From an uncultured Chloroflexia bacterium (lineage in GTDB: Bacteria; Chloroflexota; Limnocylindria; Limnocylindrales; CSP1-4): DNA of 64,000 bases. The notes under the pieces are model-generated. The model saw only the letters and a list, made by a program, of their open reading frames with translations. It was not told the DNA's origin and made no database searches. The first letter of the stretch is position 1. Each line of letters starts with the position of its first letter. A program made the position numbers and the translations under genes. Below, piece after piece: positions 59,413-64,000 of this stretch. The DNA lies in the NCBI GenBank assembly GCA_963752475.1, contig CAVVYR010000026.1, positions 1-64,000 on the forward strand, given 5' to 3'.

Positions 59413-60411
59413 TCAGCCGAAACGTGAACGCAGTTCCGGCAGCACGGACTCTGCGTAGAGGGCCATGGCCCGTTCCTGGTCGTCGCCGGGGAAGTGGAAG
59501 ACGAGGTGGTCGAAGCCCCACTCGAGGTAGGGGCGGATCTGCTCGATGTGCTCTTCGACATCGTCGCTCACGAGCCAGCGCCGGTGGGCCACGTCCTCGA
59601 CCGTCTTGGCCAGCCGCTCCATCTCGCGCGGATCCTCGACGCCCGTCTTCTGCTCTCCCGACAGCGCGAGGGCAGCCCAGATCTTGGTGTCCTCCATGGC
59701 GCGGGCGCGATCGGTGTCGAAGCTGACCTTCATCTCGATCATGCGGCTGATGGCGTCGTCGGCACGCCCAGCCTTCTCGAGGCCCTCCCGTACGGCCGGC
59801 AGCAGCTTCTCGGTGTAGAGCTCGGTGGCCTTGCCGCTGGTCGAGATGTAGCCCTCGGCGATGCGGCCGGCGAGCCGTGAGGCCGCAGGGCCGGATCCGG
59901 CGACGTACACCGGCACCGGCTCATCGGGCTTGTCGTAGATGGTCGCGTTGTGGGTCTTGTAGAACTCGCCCTCGAAGCTGACGAAGTCGTCGCGGAAGAG
60001 TTGCTGCATCAGCAGCACCGACTCCTTGAGCCGGTGGAAGCGCTCCTTCTGCTCGGGCCACGCAGCACCCACTACGACCTCGTTGAGCGATTCACCCGTG
60101 CCCACACCCAGGATCACCCGACCCGGCGCCAGGCAGCCGAGCGTGGCGAAGGCCTGGGCCACGACCGCGGGGTTGTAGCGCAGGGTGGGAGTGAGCACGC
60201 TGGTGCCCAGGATGACGCGCTCGGTGGAGGCGGCCGCCGCACCCAGCCAGGCAAGGGCGTTGGGAGCGTGGCCGTCGGTGTGGCGCCAGGGCTGGTAGTG
60301 ATCGCTGGTCCAGACCGAGTCATAGCCGAGCGAGTCTGCGAGGACGGCGTAGTCGAGGAGCTGCTGGGGGCCGAACTGTTCGGCCGAAGCCTTGTAGCCG
60401 AGTCGAAGCAT
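59413..60411 (-). CDS. fgd: F420-dependent glucose-6-phosphate (sugar-6-phosphate) dehydrogenase
   Basis: LGYKASAEQF, SDHYQPWRH, SVLTPTLRY, GTGESLNE and TSGK. Confidence 0.9.
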   Translation of the reverse strand: MLRLGYKASAEQFGPQQLLDYAVLADSLGYDSVWTSDHYQPWRHTDGHAPNALAWLGAAAASTERVILGTSVLTPTLRYNPAVVAQAFATLGCLAPGRVILGVGTGESLNEVVVGAAWPEQKERFHRLKESVLLMQQLFRDDFVSFEGEFYKTHNATIYDKPDEPVPVYVAGSGPAASRLAGRIAEGYISTSGKATELYTEKLLPAVREGLEKAGRADDAISRMIEMKVSFDTDRARAMEDTKIWAALALSGEQKTGVEDPREMERLAKTVEDVAHRRWLVSDDVEEHIEQIRPYLEWGFDHLVFHFPGDDQERAMALYAESVLPELRSRFG

Positions 60412-60533
60412 CGTGTCCTTTCGGGGCTGGCGGCCACCCTTGCGCGACCGCGGAACCCGAATCATGCGTCGGATGCGGTATTCCTGTCGACCGCGCGAGC
60501 CGTTAGCATCGCCATACCGTGTCGAACCCAACG

Positions 60534-61556
60534 ATGCCCGATCCTCCGTCGCGACCACCCAAGCCGGCCGAGCCCAGCCCCGGCGGCTTCGACGAGGCCG
60601 CCGCTCAGGCGCCGATGCACGGGAACGACCAGGCTCCGAGCTTCGTCCTGCGCGGCCAGGCCTGGGTCTACCGTTGGCTCTCTAGCCAGTCGCGTGTCGT
60701 GCTCGGACTGGTGATCGTCATCCTGGCCGTGGTCGCGGCCGTTGCCCTCTCGTCGTCCAAGCTCCTGCGTATCTTCTTCGATGGGCTCGACGTCCTCGCG
60801 CTGGCGGCGCTGTTCCTGGTCAACTGGCTCGGCAATGGGGGCGCCCTCGTGCCCATCCCCGGTGCACGTTTCGTCGGCCTCCTCCTCGTCTTCAACCAGG
60901 CCGTGGTCCTGCCGTCACTGCAGGTCTTCACGGTGGCCGCCGCGGGGATGGCGCTCGGCCTTCTGAGCTACTACATCGCCGGCGCCCGCACCGCGGCCTC
61001 GTATGCGGAGGGTGACTCGGTCGGCGCCGAGGATCTGGCGCGTGAGACCGGCATGCTCGGCGATGACAGCTACGACTTCTCGCCCGGGGCGGACCTTGAT
61101 GCCCAGACCGTCGAAGCCATCGCCGGTGTGAGTCCAGAGCCCGCGCCGCCGCCATCGTCCTCGGACGCGGCCGGCCCTCGCTCTGGCGGGCTCCGCTCGC
61201 GCTTCCGCTCGAGCCTGCAGCAGGCGCAAGCACGAGCCAAGCCGGTCATCGAGCAACGCGGGACCGGGGGCATGTTCCTGCTCTGCTTCGCGCCCACGCC
61301 CATGGGTACGGCCGCGGCCTATCTCGGCGGGCTCATGCGCTTCGGCTTCTCCCGCTACCTGCTGGCCTCGTTCGTGGCCAAGTTCCTGCTGACGGGGATC
61401 ATCGTCCTCCTGGCACTCATCTTCAGCGACGCCGCACGGGCCGTGGACGTCCCTGAGATCTACGTGCCCATCCTCGATGTCACGATCTTCGGGGACGGAC
61501 CGCCGAACCTGCCCGTCCTGGCCTCGCCCTCACCGTCGGTGGAGCCGGTCGACTAG
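60534..61556 (+). CDS. DedA/VTT-like membrane protein with long internal hydrophilic insertion
   Basis: VPIPG, GMALG...SYYIAG and YLGGLMRFGFSRYLLASFVAK. Confidence 0.6.
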   Translation: MPDPPSRPPKPAEPSPGGFDEAAAQAPMHGNDQAPSFVLRGQAWVYRWLSSQSRVVLGLVIVILAVVAAVALSSSKLLRIFFDGLDVLALAALFLVNWLGNGGALVPIPGARFVGLLLVFNQAVVLPSLQVFTVAAAGMALGLLSYYIAGARTAASYAEGDSVGAEDLARETGMLGDDSYDFSPGADLDAQTVEAIAGVSPEPAPPPSSSDAAGPRSGGLRSRFRSSLQQAQARAKPVIEQRGTGGMFLLCFAPTPMGTAAAYLGGLMRFGFSRYLLASFVAKFLLTGIIVLLALIFSDAARAVDVPEIYVPILDVTIFGDGPPNLPVLASPSPSVEPVD

Positions 61557-61646
61557 GAGCCAGTCGAGCAGGGTCGGGCGCTCAGGACTGGGGCGCCGCT
61601 CACCCTGGCGCGGCGCCACCCGGACAATCGCTACGATGGAACCTCC

Positions 61647-63413
61647 ATGACCGACACCGCTGTACCCACCGCTACCCGCAGCACCGATCCCGTCGAGTTG
61701 CTCGCGCTCATCCGCCGCAGCGTCATCGGCGATGACGAGGCCTTCAACGGCCCCTTCGGCGTGCGTCGTCTGACCTATGCCGACTACACCGCTTCGGGCC
61801 GCAACCTGACCTTCATCGAGGACTACATCCGCGAGCAGGTCATGCCGCTGTACGCCAACACCCACACCGAGTCGAGCGGCACGGGCCTGCAGACGACCCG
61901 CTTCCGCGAGGACGCGCGCGACATCATCCGCGAGGCCTGCGGTGCGGACCGGGACGAGTACGCGGTCATCTTCGCCGGCTCGGGCTCGACCGCCGCGGTC
62001 GACAAGCTCATCGCCATCCTCAACCTGCGCATCCCCGCTGATCTGGACCAGCGTTTCGAGCTCTCTCGCCACATCCCCCTCGAGGAGCGCCCGGTCGTCT
62101 TCATCGGCCCCTACGAGCACCACTCCAACGAGCTGCCCTGGCGCGAGACCATCGCCGACGTCGTGACCATCCACGAGGATGCCGACGGGCGTATCGATCT
62201 CACCCACCTCGCCGAGGAGCTCCGTGCGCACGCTGGTCGCCCCCTGAGGATCGGCTCGTTCAGCGCGGCATCGAATGTCACCGGCATCAAGTCGGACACC
62301 CGGGGCATCTCGGCCCTGCTCCACGAGCACGACGCGCTGGCCTTCTGGGACTACGGCGCGGGTGCACCCTACGTCGACCTCGACGTGGCCCCCCATCGGC
62401 CGGACGACGACGGAGACGGCACTTCCGCCCACCTTGACTACAAGGACGCGCTCTTCATCTCGCCGCACAAGTTCATCGGCGGCCCCGGCACACCCGGCCT
62501 GCTCGTCGTCAAGCGCGCGCTGTTGACGAACTCCGTCCCCGCCGTTCCCGGCGGCGGCACCGTGGCCTATGTCAACACCGATGACCACGTCTACATCGAC
62601 GATCTCGAGCACCGCGAGGAGGGTGGCACCCCGGCCATCATCGAATCCATCCGTGCCGGGCTCGTCTTCCAGCTCAAGGATGCTGTCGGGGCCGAGACCA
62701 TCCGGCGCACGGAGGAGGACTTCATCCAGCGCGCCCTCGAGCGCTGGTCGGAGGCGCCTGGCCTGGAGGTCCTCGGCAACCTCGAGCACCCCCGACTCTC
62801 GATCGTCAGCTTCGTCGTGCGCCACGGCCCGCGCTACCTCCACCACAACTACGTCGTGGCACTCCTCAACGATCTCTTCGGGGTCCAGTCACGCGGCGGC
62901 TGCTCGTGTGCCGGCCCGTACGGCCATCGGCTGCTGGGCATCGACATCGAGACCAGCCACGAGTTCGAGCGCGAGATCACCCGTGGTTGCGAAGGCATCA
63001 AGCCCGGCTGGGTCCGCGTCAACTTCAACTACTTCATCGACGAGCCGGCCTTCGAGTACGTGCTCGAGGCGGTCGAGATGGTGGCCGCCAATGGCTGGCG
63101 ACTCCTGCCGCACTACCGCCACGATCCGGCCACCGGCTTGTGGCACCACGTGGGTCGCCAGGCGGAGGCCCCGTTGAGCCTGCGCGACATCAGCTACGCC
63201 GGCGAGGGCATGGCCTACGAACACCACCGCCGCCAGGAGCCCGAGTCCGCTTTCGCCACCTACCTGGCCGAGGCGCGCGAGCTCATGGCCGACCCTCCCG
63301 CCCCAGCCGAGCCACCCCAGAGCGCCGCCGATCTCGATGTCGGCGGCGACTTCGAGGGCCTGCGCTGGTTCCTGCTCCCTGACGAGGCCGCCGCGGAGCT
63401 TGCCGCCGGCTAG
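61647..63413 (+). CDS. Class V PLP-dependent aminotransferase-fold enzyme (cysteine desulfurase-like)
   Basis: YADYTASGR, YANTH, EHHSN, SPHKF (PLP lysine), EEGGTP and RGGCSCAGPY. Confidence 0.9.
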   Translation: MTDTAVPTATRSTDPVELLALIRRSVIGDDEAFNGPFGVRRLTYADYTASGRNLTFIEDYIREQVMPLYANTHTESSGTGLQTTRFREDARDIIREACGADRDEYAVIFAGSGSTAAVDKLIAILNLRIPADLDQRFELSRHIPLEERPVVFIGPYEHHSNELPWRETIADVVTIHEDADGRIDLTHLAEELRAHAGRPLRIGSFSAASNVTGIKSDTRGISALLHEHDALAFWDYGAGAPYVDLDVAPHRPDDDGDGTSAHLDYKDALFISPHKFIGGPGTPGLLVVKRALLTNSVPAVPGGGTVAYVNTDDHVYIDDLEHREEGGTPAIIESIRAGLVFQLKDAVGAETIRRTEEDFIQRALERWSEAPGLEVLGNLEHPRLSIVSFVVRHGPRYLHHNYVVALLNDLFGVQSRGGCSCAGPYGHRLLGIDIETSHEFEREITRGCEGIKPGWVRVNFNYFIDEPAFEYVLEAVEMVAANGWRLLPHYRHDPATGLWHHVGRQAEAPLSLRDISYAGEGMAYEHHRRQEPESAFATYLAEARELMADPPAPAEPPQSAADLDVGGDFEGLRWFLLPDEAAAELAAG

Positions 63414-63430
63414 CGGCGACCGAACTCGCG

Positions 63431-63886
63431 CTAGGCGAGCGGCACGTAGAGCTCGGTCTTGAGCTCGGCTTCCGGAGTCTCCTGCGGGTCGTCGATGTAG
63501 ACCTCCCACGTGGGCCCGGCCGGCGCTCGACCCTGCTCGCTGACCCAGGTCATGATCGCCTCCCACGTCTCGCCGATCGTCTGATAGGGGCCGACGTGGA
63601 CGGCGAATGCGGCCTCGCCGCCACCGACCGTGCTCGGCTGGACCTCACCACTGGCGGTGAACGGCCCCGGCACCGGGATGGCGCACTCGAATGTGGTCTG
63701 CTCAGACCCGAAGTCGAAGTAGCGTGCGAGCGGCATGCCCGTCGGCTCGACGCCGGACGAGACCACCGCGTGATAGATCTTGGGGAAGGCCTCACCCATG
63801 GCCGGCCCGATCTGGACCACAGGGCGCGTCATCTTGATGGCCGCGGTGTGCTGCTGGGTCGTCGGGCGGATCTCGAAGTCGGTCAT
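63431..63886 (-). CDS. GyrI-like small-molecule-binding domain protein
   Basis: HVGPY, WEVYIDDP and LKTELYVPL. Confidence 0.88.
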   Translation of the reverse strand: MTDFEIRPTTQQHTAAIKMTRPVVQIGPAMGEAFPKIYHAVVSSGVEPTGMPLARYFDFGSEQTTFECAIPVPGPFTASGEVQPSTVGGGEAAFAVHVGPYQTIGETWEAIMTWVSEQGRAPAGPTWEVYIDDPQETPEAELKTELYVPLA

Positions 63887-63900
63887 GGTCGTCTCCTCTA

Positions 63901-64000
63901 CTACTCCAGGACTCTGGGACTGTCTGCACGTGCCTTGATGGGGAAGGTGATGTCGACCTGGTTGAGGTAGGTCTCCTCGTCGATGGAGCCGGTCCGGTAC
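63901..64000 (-). CDS. 3' end of an unknown CDS entering from the right edge
   Basis: Open frame ..YRTGSIDEETYLNQVDITFPIKARADSPRVLE* with tandem TAG TAG just upstream of the GyrI RBS. Confidence 0.55.
   Translation of the reverse strand, partial: YRTGSIDEETYLNQVDITFPIKARADSPRVLE

Overview
High-GC bacterial chromosomal segment, densely coding (about 57 CDS). The gene style (FabI, GlgP/GlgA, YitJ-type methionine synthase, F420-dependent Fgd, LysM protein with an N-terminal Cys cluster) suggests an uncultured Chloroflexota; this taxonomy is inference only. I found no rRNA, tRNA, CRISPR array, transposase or phage gene. Layout: 1-12 kb has a partial LuxR-type ATPase regulator plus lipid, peptidase and transport genes; 11.5-18.4 kb is a loose sulfur cluster (YeiH, TauE, cysDN); 18.8-38 kb holds envelope proteins, yitJ, DUF885, glycogen genes, a subtilase and fabI; 38-60.4 kb is a large carbohydrate-catabolic island (two ABC importers, GntR, isomerase, three kinases, BtpA/SgcQ, SIS, RbsD/FucU, Fgd). 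That island unusually interleaves amide/peptide-hydrolase folds (non-canonical M24, creatininase, M29) and an uncharacterised GH20-like-architecture protein, and its two ends share LacI-type operator sequences. Best candidates for undescribed biology: (i) this sugar-amide conjugate or rare-sugar island; (ii) a 340-nt highly structured intergenic element at 35.1-35.4 kb with three GGGAG/CUCCC-loop hairpins (candidate sRNA). Several frameshifts (PlsC, SBP C-terminus, GntR) may be assembly errors.
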